A stretch of 64,000 nt of DNA. Origin: a virus. Its lineage: Duplodnaviria; Caudoviricetes. The stretch is from IMG/VR virus record IMGVR_UViG_3300042875_000410; one strand, 5' to 3'. Position numbers and translations under genes: made by a program. The notes beneath the pieces were generated by a model that was given only the letters and a program-made list of their open reading frames with translations, was not told the DNA's origin and did not search any database. This document shows positions 43,486 through 55,156 of the stretch, piece by piece. The stretch's first letter is position 1; the number at the start of each line of letters is the position of its first letter.

Positions 43486-46400
43486 TTAAGTAACAAGAGT
43501 TGTTCCATACAGAGGCCACCAAGATGTAACGCCGTCACCAACAAGATAAATCAATTCTGCTGTTCCCTCAGGAGCAACATTTACCGCACCGTCGATGGCT
43601 CCATCTACAGTTAATGTACAATTACTGGAGATGTTGACAATAACTAATCGTTGTCCCGCCGTCCCGGGAGGCAATACAACAGTATGACCATCACTGCCAC
43701 TATAACCACCAACCACTGTACAGAACAGTAAGTTGAATGTAACATTAGTAATCGTTAGCGTAGTATTAACACCATCAAACTCGTAGGTTTCTTGTCCTGT
43801 AACTACTGTCAATACTGAAGTACCAGAACTATTTTTAATGTCTCCACCATCAGGCAGTGTTAAACTACCATCCCCAGCAAAGGTCCACAACTGTGAAGTA
43901 GCACTGGTATCAACATTTGGTACTTTTATGTATATTTGATCATCTGCGGCCACTTTGACATACTTGTCATCGTTGCCCAGGAATATGCTGGTCTGTGCCA
44001 TATTCTCACTGATCAAATGTATGTGTCCGCTTTCACTGCCTTCGGTTGTGCCGTCTACTATATTGACACGCAGGTAATTGGATCCAGCACCTGGAGCATA
44101 AGTTCCAGTAGTAACAATAGTGACAGTAAATGTTTCTTCGCCTTCAACAATAGCATCGTTAGCTATCATTAGCATGTTGGTATTAGTATAATTAAAACCG
44201 CCACCATCTAAAGTCCAATTAGCAGCCGCAAATGTTCCTGTTAGTACGGCAGGTGTGAAGTCTGCGGCTGTAATACCTGTGCCGGTAATTATGTATTCTA
44301 CATCACCCTGAACATACTGAAGACCGCTAGCGTCCCACAATGTTATAGAAATAACAGTACCTTCTGTGCCAGTGCTCACATAAGGGTCAGGATATGTCAC
44401 TGGATCAAGTTCATGTAAGTATTGCTGATAACCTTGATCAGTGGGGTAGTCAGCAGTCATATACGAATTATATGTCGAACGCAGAACTAGACTAGTTGCC
44501 TGTCCCGGACTGTTTGGAGTCAATACTAATGTGCTAGTCGTGTCTACAATGGTAGCACCGTTTGGTAATGTTAACCCACCATCTGCGGCAAATGTCCAAG
44601 TATTAATTGCTGTTGATGTGCTAGCAGTTTCAATGTAGACATTAGGATCACTGTTGTTGCCCAGGATTGTGCTGGCTGTGCTTAATGTTAAGACACCATC
44701 TGTGCCAAATACCCAAGTGCTGGTTGTAGCAGTTGAATAAGTTTGAACAACAATATTACCCCCATTCTTTTCAATCTTAACATACTGATCATCATCGCCT
44801 AGGAATAGATCAACTGTGGTAGGATTGCCTGATATCAAGTGTATGTGATTTGTTTCAGTAGTGCTGGTACTGCCAGTTGGACGAATAACCAAACTCTGTC
44901 CAGCACTGGCTCCAGGTGGGGATATAATCGTAGTAGTGTTTGTTTCACTTATGGTGCTACCTTGGGGGAATTCTAATTCCCCATCTGTGCCAAATGTCCA
45001 GGTGCTGTTGGTAACAGTTGAGTAAGTTCCAACAACTATGTCACCACCGTGATCTATTTTAACAAACTGGTCATCGTTGCCTAGATATAGATCAGTCTCG
45101 CCACCAAAGCCTGCTGTCAAGTGTATGTGATTACCATCAACAACTGTGGGATAAATCAGCAATGCTTGAGTAGCACTAGATGCACCTGCGGGTTCAATTC
45201 TAAAAGCCCCCATACCCGATGATATAGTAGCACCGTCGTTTAATGTTAATGTACCATCCGATTCAAGTATAAATTCAGCGTCATTGTTAACTAATCTATC
45301 ACCTAATGCTGTGGTACTGTCACCTGTGTACAGTGTGCCTATTAGAAAGGCACTGCTGTCGACGATTGGTGTAACAGTGGCAACGGTTATGTTTGACGTA
45401 TTGTCAGTGTCAGTCTTATCTGCGTTGACCACTGTAATGTCGCTGGCCGATGTGTCTAATGTACCAGTAAGATTTGAGGCTCTGAAATCCCATGCACCCA
45501 CTGCGAACGGGTCGCCTGTGGCAGGTAACTGTGCTATTAGAGCATGGAAGTCACTTGGACCTTCAAACGACCCAAAGCCACCGGCAAGTGCTACATAATC
45601 TTGTTTGACCGCTAGGTTACTTCCGCCGCCTTGACCAGCCAAGAAGTCGGAACCACTGACTGAAAGCGTATCTATATTATCTAATAGTCGTTGCCATACT
45701 ACTGTACCATCTAGATTATATTTGGCCACTACACAGGAAATGTCAATAGGATCGTCGGGCCCTGGATTGGGCACAGTTGTAGTGAACAGTGAACCAGACA
45801 GATAAAGTTTATCATCAGCACCAACCACTATGCTGGTGGCAATTGCTCCACAGTCGCCCTCTACACGACGGCTCCACTGTTTGACACCTGCACTGTTGAA
45901 TTTAACTAAATTCATACAAATACCGGGTCCAGCATTGTCGACTTCGTATTGTCCGCAGACATAGACGTTACCCTCACTGTCAATGTCAGCATCTGCTCCA
46001 GTACTGTCATATCCCTCGTCAAACAATATGGCCCTTTGCCAGTCAATGGTACCATCGCTGAGATACTTGACCACCAGCATGTGATTGTCTGTATCGCCTT
46101 CCCCACCCAGTTGATCCATATATCCAACGGCTACTACTTCGCCTGTGGGTCCAACTGCCATGCCGTAGGCTTCTTCGTCATCCTGTCCGTCTAGTTTTTT
46201 TGACCAAATGATTGAACCATCTTCAGCATCAACTTTAGTGGTTGTCACATAGCCACCGCCAAGGTTGTCAAAAGTGTAACCAACCATGACGGGATTTCCG
46301 TCCGATGCTACATCAACTACCTGGCTGTTACTGTTAATGCTCTCGCCAAACGCATAGGTCTTGCTCCATTCAACTGAGCCGCCGCCGCTGGCAATTTTAG

Positions 46401-49400
46401 TTAAAGTGGACTTTTCCTGTCCGCCATCGGTATTTGTTTTTCCCGCTACATAGATGAATCCATTGGTTGGATCTACGGCCAGGCCCCATCCATCTGTTTC
46501 GTAGCCTGTACTAAATCGTGTGGTCCAAATTCGTGTGCCAGATGTGGTGTACTTGCCCACTGAATAAAATGACCCGCCACTGTCTTCCCCGTGATAGAAA
46601 AGAGCAATCACGTTGCCAACACTGTCATATTCTACACTCAGTGCTATCAGTGGTGTATCTAGTAGAGGAGTTGCTGACTCAAATGTCTGTACCCACACGT
46701 TGCTGGCAGCACTGCCGCCGCCCAATACACTAACTCCATTGCTGTCAAGGATATCACCACCTGGTGGTAGTATGATATTGTTGTTGACAAATGTCCAAGT
46801 GTTGGTTACAGTAGAAGATCCACTGACACTGCCCAAGGCCAGTGTTTCACCAGTGAGTCCAACTATGTCAGTGACATAACTAACGCTGAGACTACTTGTT
46901 GACAATATTGCGGTTGATGTACCGGTTGACCACGTCAGGGTAGTCACAGTATATGTGCCAGTTGAAGAAATACTATCTATGTCACTGGTAAGATCAGCTA
47001 TGGTTATATTGCCAAAGGTGCCAGTAACGCTGCCATCGATGGGCAGTTGTGCCACCAATACTCTTGTCTCATTAGTGCCAGTACTGTCATCAATATCCGA
47101 ACTGGTTACAGCAGTGACCGCTATCTTATCTTGATATATATCGCCTACTCTGTGGCCAGAACTGCCGCCGCCGTCAGCACCTTGATCTATTATAACTACA
47201 CCCGCATCAGTTATCAGTATACGACTGTATAACATTTCTCCGTTGGCAGGATTGAGTTTTGTTATCCATAACTGTGGCTGTCCTACTGGCGGACCAGGTA
47301 TGGTTCCAGTTACATATACATTGCCACTGGCGTCAAAACTTAAATCGTATGCTCCTGTACTGTAGGAGCCGGGGCCGCCGTCTGTAATAGGGTCAAGTTC
47401 TCCCGTCGCTAGATATGAAGCCCATATCAAGTCACCATCTGTGTCGAATTTAGATACCACGGCCTTTTGATCAGGGTCATCGTTGACTATGGTATAAACA
47501 TAGCCACCGTTGTATATCACCGCAGCGGCTAGATCTCCTGTGGTAGTGACTAATTCTTTGGTCCATTGGTGTATGCCATTGATGTCCCACTTGGATAACA
47601 TCGCACGTAAACCGCCGTCATAATAATCACCTATGGCCCAAACATCACCAGTGGCAGGGTTAACAGTCACAGCACGGTATTGTCCATCGACAGGAAGGTC
47701 TTCAAAATCCTCGGGTATGATATTGCCGGTCCAAATTGGTGTTCCGCTGTCTCCATCGATTTTAATCACTACAGGAGTAGTACTGTACGAGATGTTGTCA
47801 TAGTAAGAACCTGCTAGATAATAATTTCCAGAATTATCACAGGCTATATCCACAGCAGAAACATACCCATCCACGAAACCTAGACTTCCTTGGGCTATTC
47901 CGCCCAGTCCAAGATTTCCATCAGTGTCCATATAGCCGGACCAGCAACCGAAGCCGCTGACAACAGCAGTGGCCAACCAGTAGATTCGATCATTGCTGTC
48001 TATGGCAAAGGCCTGATTGACCGCACCGCAATTGGCACCACTGTTGTCATGCCATGTTCTACTCCATAATAAATTACCATTGGTATCGTATTTTAACAGT
48101 AGACTATCTACATCATTTAGGCCGCCGTCACCAAATAGTACACCACCTAGCACATATACATTGCCCACGCTGTCATAGAAAGCACCGGTGCCTATGGTAT
48201 AACTAGAAGTAGTGACCGCAGTGGTTATGCCGCCAAATTCTGCTGCCCAGTATGGACGAATTACTCCACTACTGGGTACTTGTATTGTCACGCTGTTGTT
48301 GCTGACAGATAACTTGGTATTATCGCCACCATCTATGACAATGGCATCGCTGTCAACATTGGCAGTACTGATAACGGTACCATCAATGGCCAATCCGTCT
48401 AGGTATGTTTCTGGACTTGGGATCTGTGTTGGACTTGCGTCTAACCATACACCGCCGGTGGCAACATAGGTACGTCCTTCAACAGTGTCAAACCATTGCG
48501 AACCAGGCGTAGTCGCTGCTGGAGCAGTATCTGAAATTATCACTGCACCGAGTACAATGTTGGTATCTCCCTGGACAGTTAAGTTGCCGGTGGTGTTTAC
48601 TGTGATGAGAGGGTTGCCGTCAACTGTGACATAGTTGTCTTGGTTAACTCCCAGTGCCACTCCGCCGATATAGATCGTGCCTGTTCCAACATAGATACTA
48701 CGCCATTGACTTGATGTAGATCCTAGATCGTACTCTAGATCAGCGTCGGGAAGGATATGGCCAGGCGCAGTCAGTGCACCATCTTTACCAAAACTCCAAA
48801 GATTTGTCACATCTGTACCAATCTGTACACCCACGTTGGTCAAAGTTGAATCATAGGGTAACTTGACGTAGTTAAGGTCATCACCGAAGAATAGATCTAC
48901 AGTGGTAGGGTCATCACGCATGATGTGGAAATGTGATGCGACGGTTGGCACACACTCCGGAGTGTTACCAAACAATACTGTGCCACGATCGGTGGTTAGT
49001 TTAATACCATCTAAAGTACCGCTACCAATAGTTCCGTACGGTAATACGATATCTCCAGGGGCAGTTAATGTGCCATTACCACCAAATGTCCAATTGCTAC
49101 CAACATCATCGCCGGCACTGATTTGTATGTCTGCAATAGATTTAATTAATGCGTTAGTCGTTGTGTATAACGCATTACTAGAGGTGGTTAATGTTATTGT
49201 ACCATCAGTACCTAATATTACACTGTAACTGCCTGTAGTTAATCTATCTTCTTGTGCTCGCTCACCTTGTGGACCAGTTGGTCCTGGATCTCCTTGTGGA
49301 CCTGTTGGACCTACAGAACCTGGATCACCTGTTGCACCTGCTGGTCCTGGATCACCGATGTCACCTTGTGGACCAACAATTTGTCCAACATCGTTCCACG

Positions 49401-50106
49401 CTGTATTCGTTCCCCAGAACCATACACGACCTGTATCAACAGCAATATAACCTTCACCGAAGTTAGCACTCAGTGGAAGAGACAATGAATTAGTTACTGT
49501 ACCTAATAGAACAATACTGACACCTTGATCTCCAGTTAGACCTCTAGGACCGGGATCGCCCTGTGGACCAGTTGGACCAACAGCACCCGGATCTCCACTT
49601 GCGCCTGCTGGGCCAGCAGGCCCACTAATACCTGTATTACCTTGTGGACCAGTTGGTCCTACAGCCCCGTTTTCACCCGCAACGCCTTGGGGCCCTTGAA
49701 CGCCTTGTGGACCTGTGGGGCCTGTTACTCCTGCATTTCCTTGAGCACCCGAAGGTCCAGATGGTCCAACATCGCCTTGAATGCCCTGAGGGCCTGTTGC
49801 TCCTGCATTTCCTTGAGCACCCGAAGGTCCAGTTGGCCCCACTGCACCTGCATTTCCTTGTGGACCAGTTGCACCCGAAGGTCCTTGTGGACCAGTACTA
49901 CCGTTTACACCTGAAGGGCCAGTTAGTCCTACATTTCCTTGTGGACCAGTTGCACCCGAAGGCCCAGTTGGTCCAGAAACGCCGCCACCTATTCCGCCTG
50001 CATAAATTTCGTCGAAGTTAGCATTTACTTTGACAAATGCAGAACGAATGCTTTCACCATCACCTGCTAGTTCTCCCGAACCTATACTAATTGTCTGTTT
50101 TGTCAT
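43486..50106 (-). CDS. 2206-aa long tail fibre: gp9/gp10-like anchor, collagen domain, two beta-propeller regions, Calx-beta-like segment
   Basis: N-terminal ISIGSG...[21 protein letters not shown]; long G-x-y tract; YDSVGNV propeller repeats; repeated WTFGxDGxLxxP and HIHL...LGxDxxYVK modules. Confidence 0.8.
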   Translation of the reverse strand: MTKQTISIGSGELAGDGESIRSAFVKVNANFDEIYAGGIGGGVSGPTGPSGATGPQGNVGLTGPSGVNGSTGPQGPSGATGPQGNAGAVGPTGPSGAQGNAGATGPQGIQGDVGPSGPSGAQGNAGVTGPTGPQGVQGPQGVAGENGAVGPTGPQGNTGISGPAGPAGASGDPGAVGPTGPQGDPGPRGLTGDQGVSIVLLGTVTNSLSLPLSANFGEGYIAVDTGRVWFWGTNTAWNDVGQIVGPQGDIGDPGPAGATGDPGSVGPTGPQGDPGPTGPQGERAQEDRLTTGSYSVILGTDGTITLTTSSNALYTTTNALIKSIADIQISAGDDVGSNWTFGGNGTLTAPGDIVLPYGTIGSGTLDGIKLTTDRGTVLFGNTPECVPTVASHFHIMRDDPTTVDLFFGDDLNYVKLPYDSTLTNVGVQIGTDVTNLWSFGKDGALTAPGHILPDADLEYDLGSTSSQWRSIYVGTGTIYIGGVALGVNQDNYVTVDGNPLITVNTTGNLTVQGDTNIVLGAVIISDTAPAATTPGSQWFDTVEGRTYVATGGVWLDASPTQIPSPETYLDGLAIDGTVISTANVDSDAIVIDGGDNTKLSVSNNSVTIQVPSSGVIRPYWAAEFGGITTAVTTSSYTIGTGAFYDSVGNVYVLGGVLFGDGGLNDVDSLLLKYDTNGNLLWSRTWHDNSGANCGAVNQAFAIDSNDRIYWLATAVVSGFGCWSGYMDTDGNLGLGGIAQGSLGFVDGYVSAVDIACDNSGNYYLAGSYYDNISYSTTPVVIKIDGDSGTPIWTGNIIPEDFEDLPVDGQYRAVTVNPATGDVWAIGDYYDGGLRAMLSKWDINGIHQWTKELVTTTGDLAAAVIYNGGYVYTIVNDDPDQKAVVSKFDTDGDLIWASYLATGELDPITDGGPGSYSTGAYDLSFDASGNVYVTGTIPGPPVGQPQLWITKLNPANGEMLYSRILITDAGVVIIDQGADGGGSSGHRVGDIYQDKIAVTAVTSSDIDDSTGTNETRVLVAQLPIDGSVTGTFGNITIADLTSDIDSISSTGTYTVTTLTWSTGTSTAILSTSSLSVSYVTDIVGLTGETLALGSVSGSSTVTNTWTFVNNNIILPPGGDILDSNGVSVLGGGSAASNVWVQTFESATPLLDTPLIALSVEYDSVGNVIALFYHGEDSGGSFYSVGKYTTSGTRIWTTRFSTGYETDGWGLAVDPTNGFIYVAGKTNTDGGQEKSTLTKIASGGGSVEWSKTYAFGESINSNSQVVDVASDGNPVMVGYTFDNLGGGYVTTTKVDAEDGSIIWSKKLDGQDDEEAYGMAVGPTGEVVAVGYMDQLGGEGDTDNHMLVVKYLSDGTIDWQRAILFDEGYDSTGADADIDSEGNVYVCGQYEVDNAGPGICMNLVKFNSAGVKQWSRRVEGDCGAIATSIVVGADDKLYLSGSLFTTTVPNPGPDDPIDISCVVAKYNLDGTVVWQRLLDNIDTLSVSGSDFLAGQGGGSNLAVKQDYVALAGGFGSFEGPSDFHALIAQLPATGDPFAVGAWDFRASNLTGTLDTSASDITVVNADKTDTDNTSNITVATVTPIVDSSAFLIGTLYTGDSTTALGDRLVNNDAEFILESDGTLTLNDGATISSGMGAFRIEPAGASSATQALLIYPTVVDGNHIHLTAGFGGETDLYLGNDDQFVKIDHGGDIVVGTYSTVTNSTWTFGTDGELEFPQGSTISETNTTTIISPPGASAGQSLVIRPTGSTSTTETNHIHLISGNPTTVDLFLGDDDQYVKIEKNGGNIVVQTYSTATTSTWVFGTDGVLTLSTASTILGNNSDPNVYIETASTSTAINTWTFAADGGLTLPNGATIVDTTSTLVLTPNSPGQATSLVLRSTYNSYMTADYPTDQGYQQYLHELDPVTYPDPYVSTGTEGTVISITLWDASGLQYVQGDVEYIITGTGITAADFTPAVLTGTFAAANWTLDGGGFNYTNTNMLMIANDAIVEGEETFTVTIVTTGTYAPGAGSNYLRVNIVDGTTEGSESGHIHLISENMAQTSIFLGNDDKYVKVAADDQIYIKVPNVDTSATSQLWTFAGDGSLTLPDGGDIKNSSGTSVLTVVTGQETYEFDGVNTTLTITNVTFNLLFCTVVGGYSGSDGHTVVLPPGTAGQRLVIVNISSNCTLTVDGAIDGAVNVAPEGTAELIYLVGDGVTSWWPLYGTTLVT
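49250..49980 (-). repeat. Collagen-coding G-x-y tandem repeat region
   Basis: GP(T/S)GPxG repeats; near-identical DNA copies such as CCTTGAGCACCCGAAGGTCCAG at about 49739 and 49810. Confidence 0.9.
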
Positions 50107-50115
50107 TGCAAGTCC

Positions 50116-50550
50116 TTAATGATTAATTCTAATATTGTTTACAGTACCATCAGTCCAATCACTTACTCTGGCTCTAATCCAGACATAGTTTCCGGTAAAA
50201 TTATAACTCTTTATATTAGTAGTTGCAGTAGTGTATTCGACGCTTGAAATGTTTTCTTCGCTAATCAGTCCTGTTGTATCAATAGACATGTTGTTTGTGC
50301 CTAGCTCAACAGAAAACCAGTCAGTGGACTGCGGTGAGGACGCAAGCGACCCCTGCATCTCTATCTTTCCGATAAACTCGTTTATATTGATTTGGACAGT
50401 GTGAAAACCGTCGCTACCCCCGAAGTAACCGTCACCTTTTATAGGATCGCTGGCATAAATTAGGGCAGTTGTACCTGTATTAGGATAATCTAATACTACT
50501 GTACTGGATGAATTGACGTTGAACGTTAAACTTTGGCTTAGTGATGGCAT
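50116..50550 (-). CDS. Probable virion structural protein
   Basis: Beta-rich; TAAATA 8 nt upstream; directly upstream of the fibre gene. Confidence 0.5.
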   Translation of the reverse strand: MPSLSQSLTFNVNSSSTVVLDYPNTGTTALIYASDPIKGDGYFGGSDGFHTVQININEFIGKIEMQGSLASSPQSTDWFSVELGTNNMSIDTTGLISEENISSVEYTTATTNIKSYNFTGNYVWIRARVSDWTDGTVNNIRINH

Positions 50551-50584
50551 AGTAACAATATTTATGCTACTATACCACTTTCAC

Positions 50585-51274
50585 TTATACGGAAAAAGCA
50601 GTCTCTCTAAGGATAAACTCTTCAACTTTTTTGATGTATCCGCTCAAATATATGCCTACCATGCTGAGCATTTTGTCGTCTTCTACGTACATAAAGGGAT
50701 CTTGTGCGTAGTGTCTAGTGCTTACAAGCCATCGTCTACTGGTTTCGCTAATGTCTAGCTTGTCTCCGTACTTATCTGCCCAGGTTACAAATGTAGCTCG
50801 CTTGTCTGCAGGGAATCTTGATTTAAAATATACCCTGTATTTGTACTTTTCTTTGGGAAATACGTCTCGCAGTATCTTTTTATGACCATTACTAAGCATG
50901 AATTCTAGTTCTTGGTCCGTAGTCGGCCCGCTTATCTTTCTAATCCACTTGTTTAGATCTTTATCTATTGTTTCTAATATAGATTTGTCTGTGCAAAATA
51001 GATTAAAATGCGACCCTTCTACTCGAATTTTTACATCGGGGTTGTCAATGAACGGTGCTACTAAGTTAGTAAACTCTAAGTAATCTGCTTTGTTGATTTG
51101 CAAAGCAGACAGCCTATCAACGTGCATACCTTTACCAGTAGCACACCACTCTCGAACAATATCGACTCCGCTGTGAACAATTCTAGAGGCTCCTACTTGT
51201 CTACATTCGACTTTGTAGGGCCACTTGTTATAGAACAGTTTACTGGAGTTCAGTTTCTGTATCTGTGTTTTCAT
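50585..51274 (-). CDS. Hypothetical protein (probable start 51274)
   Basis: Tiled after clpA; no family recognised. Confidence 0.5.
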   Translation of the reverse strand: MKTQIQKLNSSKLFYNKWPYKVECRQVGASRIVHSGVDIVREWCATGKGMHVDRLSALQINKADYLEFTNLVAPFIDNPDVKIRVEGSHFNLFCTDKSILETIDKDLNKWIRKISGPTTDQELEFMLSNGHKKILRDVFPKEKYKYRVYFKSRFPADKRATFVTWADKYGDKLDISETSRRWLVSTRHYAQDPFMYVEDDKMLSMVGIYLSGYIKKVEEFILRETAFSV

Positions 51275-53531
51275 CTGGAATCTTTGATTTAATGACTGGC
51301 ATAACATCAACAATGTTAAGTTTTAGTTGTTCGTCTACTACATTAACTTCAACTACTCCGCCGTTTGTTAATTTACCAAAAAGAATTTCACGACTCATAG
51401 GTTTCTTAATGAATTCGTCAATAGTTCTTTGCAAAGGACGAGCACCCATTTTACTATTAAATCCTTTGGCAATTAAAAATTCAACTGCTTCGGCATTGGG
51501 TTTAACATGAATATTTTTGTCTTTAACTAATGCATTGAGCTCGTCAATAAATTTCTTAACAACTTTGATCATTGTAACATGGTCTAACTTACCAAACTTA
51601 ACAATACCATCTAAACGATTGCGGAATTCAGGCGCAAAGAATTTGTTAACAGCATCTTTAGGATCACTATCACGCTCTAGACTACCAAAGCCTACTGAAT
51701 TCTTTTCAGCATCTGCGGAACCTAAGTTTGATGTCATAATGATAATAGCATTGCGACCATCTGCCTTTTTGCCGTTACTACCGGTAATAAAACCATTGTC
51801 CATTAATTGTAGCATAACAGTTAGTACATCCGGGTGAGCCTTTTCGACTTCGTCTAATAAAAGAACACAGTTAGGTGTTTCTTGTAAGCATGTAATCAAC
51901 TGTCCTGCATTTTCATCAAATCCTACGTATCCAGGCGGCGCTCCAATAAATTTAGCAACACTATGTTTTTCCTGAAATTCACTCATATCAAATCGTACAA
52001 GTTTAATTCCCATACCAGTGGCGAGCTGTTTAGCAGCTTCAGTCTTTCCTACGCCAGTAGGACCTACAAACAAGAAACTACCGACCGGCTTATTAAATGG
52101 TTTTAATCCTGCTTGGGCAATAAAAATCTTATCTAACAGGCTAGTGATAGCATTTTCTTGACCGAAAACCTTGTTACGTAGGCCTTTTTCCAGACTTGCA
52201 AGATTAACACCTTCTTTTGAGCTAACCTGTTCAATTGGAAGATTAGCCAGTCTTGCAACTTCAAAAACAATCTCGTCATGATCAACAACTCCGTTTTCTT
52301 CGTCCTTAACTTTAAATCGAGCACATGCACAATCAATTAAGTCTAGCGCCTTATCTGGAAGCTTCTTGTCAGTCATGTACTTAACAGAGTAGGTTACTGC
52401 ATCAGTAATGGCTTGATTGGTAATCTTAACACCGTGGTGTTTTTCGTAATACTTCTTAACACCTTTTAGGATCTTAATAGTAACTGCTTCACTAGGCTCG
52501 TCAATAGTAACACGCTGGAATCGACGCATTAGGGCGCGATCTTTTTCAAAGTGCTTGCGATATTCTTCCCAGGTAGTACTGGCGATAACTTTTAGTGTAC
52601 CTTTTGTCAGCATAGGCTTGAGCATATTTGCCATGTCGTTACTGTTACCATTTGCAGCGCCTGCCCCGTTCATCATATGTGCTTCATCGATAAACAGAAT
52701 ACAATTTTTCTTCTTTTCTAACGCACTGATAATAGCTTTAAGACGTTCTTCAAAATCACCACGATACTTACTACCGGCAAGCATAGAACTAATGTCCATA
52801 CTATAAACAGTGTGATCTTGAATAAATGTAGGAACAGTACCTTCAATGATTTTTTTAGCCAAGCCTTCTGCAATAGCAGTTTTACCTACACCGGGATCAC
52901 CGATTAAAATAACGTTACTTTTGTTTCTTCGAGCAAGTACTAGTTGAACTTCTTCGATTTCTTTTTCACGACCGATAACTGGATCAATTTTCTTTGATTT
53001 TGCTTTTGCAGTTAGATTGGTGCAGAACTGACTAATCATCCTTTCAAGTTGGAGATTAGATCGTGTGCTACCTGCAGAACTCTCCTCATTGTCTTCTTTG
53101 CTATATTCTTTTTGGATAAAATTTAGGAATTTATCTTTATCGATATTTGCTTTTTTAATAAAGTGCGTGGCATAGCTTTTCTTTTCAGCAAACATGCTGA
53201 TAAAACAATCAACTGGTTCAATAACATTTCTACCAGTAAACAACACCTGAGTAAACGCTCGATTTAAAACGCGATCAACTGTATTTGTTTTTTTAGGACG
53301 ATCGACGCTTGGGTTAACAATTTCCTTTAAATCTTCTGATATATATTTTTCTAAGTCTGTAATTAAACTTTTAACGTCAGCACCAAAGCTACCGAGGAGT
53401 TTTGCAAATTCTTCGTTAGTAACTAGCCCGTGCAAGAAGTGTTCAAGAGTAACATACTCGTGTTCGTGTTCGTTGGCTAGACTCACGGCTGATTCGAAAA
53501 TCTGCTCAAGATCTTTATTTGGTTGTAGCAT
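51240..53531 (-). CDS. clpA: Clp protease ATP-binding subunit ClpA
   Basis: N-domain EYVTLEHFL; two Walker A motifs (GDPGVGKT, GPTGVGKT); DMSEFQEKHSVAKFIGAPPGYVG; ClpP-docking VGFG loop; GARPL. Confidence 0.93.
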   Translation of the reverse strand: MLQPNKDLEQIFESAVSLANEHEHEYVTLEHFLHGLVTNEEFAKLLGSFGADVKSLITDLEKYISEDLKEIVNPSVDRPKKTNTVDRVLNRAFTQVLFTGRNVIEPVDCFISMFAEKKSYATHFIKKANIDKDKFLNFIQKEYSKEDNEESSAGSTRSNLQLERMISQFCTNLTAKAKSKKIDPVIGREKEIEEVQLVLARRNKSNVILIGDPGVGKTAIAEGLAKKIIEGTVPTFIQDHTVYSMDISSMLAGSKYRGDFEERLKAIISALEKKKNCILFIDEAHMMNGAGAANGNSNDMANMLKPMLTKGTLKVIASTTWEEYRKHFEKDRALMRRFQRVTIDEPSEAVTIKILKGVKKYYEKHHGVKITNQAITDAVTYSVKYMTDKKLPDKALDLIDCACARFKVKDEENGVVDHDEIVFEVARLANLPIEQVSSKEGVNLASLEKGLRNKVFGQENAITSLLDKIFIAQAGLKPFNKPVGSFLFVGPTGVGKTEAAKQLATGMGIKLVRFDMSEFQEKHSVAKFIGAPPGYVGFDENAGQLITCLQETPNCVLLLDEVEKAHPDVLTVMLQLMDNGFITGSNGKKADGRNAIIIMTSNLGSADAEKNSVGFGSLERDSDPKDAVNKFFAPEFRNRLDGIVKFGKLDHVTMIKVVKKFIDELNALVKDKNIHVKPNAEAVEFLIAKGFNSKMGARPLQRTIDEFIKKPMSREILFGKLTNGGVVEVNVVDEQLKLNIVDVMPVIKSKIPDENTDTETELQ

Positions 53532-54024
53532 TAATTTTTTCCTTTTTAGCTTTCTTTGCGGCCATTGTCCATTTTAATGGACTGGTCCTATCTTGATAAG
53601 TAATACCTTCTAAATGATCGAACTCATGTAAAAAGCACTTACAGTTGTATCCGTCGAACTCACCTTCTTCCCATTCTCCGGAACTGTTTTGCCAACGTGC
53701 TTTAATAGCTGTTGGTCTTTTAATTTTAACATAAATTCCAGGGAAACTCAAACATCCTTCCTCCAAATCTTCTGTTTCATTTGTATTTGCAATGATAATG
53801 GGATTAAAAAATGCCATGCCTGCATCTGGACTTTCTCGATGTCCCATAACAAATACTCTAGCTGTTAGACCTAATTGATTTGCAGCAAGACCTATGCCAT
53901 CTTGTGCGTACATAAATTCGAGCATCTGCCTTTCGAGTTCTTTTGGATTTAATATCGGATTATTAAAATCAAAGTCTGGCATTCTTTCTCTAAGAATTGG
54001 GTTTGGAAATTTTACTATGTTCAT
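53515..54024 (-). CDS. def: Peptide deformylase
   Basis: GIGLAANQ, EGCLS and HEFDHLEG motifs. Confidence 0.95.
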   Translation of the reverse strand: MNIVKFPNPILRERMPDFDFNNPILNPKELERQMLEFMYAQDGIGLAANQLGLTARVFVMGHRESPDAGMAFFNPIIIANTNETEDLEEGCLSFPGIYVKIKRPTAIKARWQNSSGEWEEGEFDGYNCKCFLHEFDHLEGITYQDRTSPLKWTMAAKKAKKEKINATTK

Positions 54025-54032
54025 AATAATAT

Positions 54033-54857
54033 TTAAGAAACTATTTGACGTATAAGATCTTTTTGTTGATCAGTAAGGTTTGTGGGTGTTTTTAAATTAA
54101 TAGTTATCAGTAATCTACCCCGCATTCGATTATCTTGCATAAATGGCATACCGTATCCCTGCACACTCATTATTTGTCCGTGTTGTGTACCCGGGGGAAT
54201 GTTTATTTCTAATGTTTTATTATCTAATGTAGTAAATTGTTTCAAACACCCAATAATTGCTTCTAAAGAATTTACATCTAACGTTCTTACTAAATCGTCA
54301 TTGTTTCGTTGAAAGACTGCATGTGGTATGACATGAATAGTTAAATGAATATCACCTCTAGGTACACCACTAATACTGTCATCACCCATTTCTGATAGTC
54401 TTAGTGTAGTTCCATCCCTAACACCTGCTGGAATTTTTACTTCAAGTAATTGTTCTCTACCGGATGGTAGTTGTATATTGGCGATCAATTCTTTTCCACT
54501 AAATGCTTCCTCTAGCGTTATTTGAGTTTGAAGATTCATTATCCTGTTGCGAACAGGTTGCTGTCTACGCTGTCCAAATATATCACCAAATGGGCCGCCC
54601 CCAAACCCCCGTAGGATATCTTCAAACCCCGGAGGCATTCCTCCGTACTGTTGAAATCCACCCTGTGGCTGCGGATTATCATATTGTGCTTTTTTATCTA
54701 CATCCCCTAACGTGTCGTATGCTACTGATATTTCTTGAAACTTGGCAGTGTCTCCTCCACGATCCGGATGGTGTTTGGCTGCAAGTTTACGATATGCTTT
54801 CTTGATATCGTCTTGCGATGCCGAACGATCAACGCCTAAAATATTGTAATAATCCAT
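54033..54857 (-). CDS. dnaJ: Type II DnaJ/CbpA-like co-chaperone
   Basis: J-domain with HPD, G/F linker, C-terminal domain; no Zn finger. Confidence 0.92.
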   Translation of the reverse strand: MDYYNILGVDRSASQDDIKKAYRKLAAKHHPDRGGDTAKFQEISVAYDTLGDVDKKAQYDNPQPQGGFQQYGGMPPGFEDILRGFGGGPFGDIFGQRRQQPVRNRIMNLQTQITLEEAFSGKELIANIQLPSGREQLLEVKIPAGVRDGTTLRLSEMGDDSISGVPRGDIHLTIHVIPHAVFQRNNDDLVRTLDVNSLEAIIGCLKQFTTLDNKTLEINIPPGTQHGQIMSVQGYGMPFMQDNRMRGRLLITINLKTPTNLTDQQKDLIRQIVS

Positions 54858-54864
54858 AAGTAGA

Positions 54865-54907
54865 AAAAGGTATAGTAAATTATACTATACCTTTTGGGTT
54901 GTGTCAA
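54865..54907 (-). promoter_or_regulatory. Consensus sigma70 promoter of dnaJ-def-clpA overlapped by a 13-bp inverted repeat
   Basis: TTGACA (54902-54907)-17 nt-TATAAT (54879-54884); inverted repeat AAAAGGTATAGTA/TACTATACCTTTT at 54865-54895. Confidence 0.7.
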
Positions 54908-54914
54908 CTGCTAG

Positions 54915-55145
54915 TTATTTCTTTTCCGGAACTGCTGTTCCCTCTACCTTTTTACGAACTTTAACCTTTTTGCATTCCTGCACAGGCTTACCGTCTTTGC
55001 CGTTAATTACTTTACCGGCTTTGTCTTTTTTCTCTGTGCATACTTCTTTCATTTCCCCTTTTCCTGGACCTTCTTTGTCGTCGGCAGCATATGCATTACC
55101 CATAAGTGCTAGTGCAAGTCCTGCTACAAAAATAATATTTTTCAT
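54915..55145 (-). CDS. Small secreted basic protein
   Basis: Signal peptide ending AYA; two Cys; Lys-rich. Confidence 0.6.
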   Translation of the reverse strand: MKNIIFVAGLALALMGNAYAADDKEGPGKGEMKEVCTEKKDKAGKVINGKDGKPVQECKKVKVRKKVEGTAVPEKK

Positions 55146-55156
55146 TTTAATTTCCT

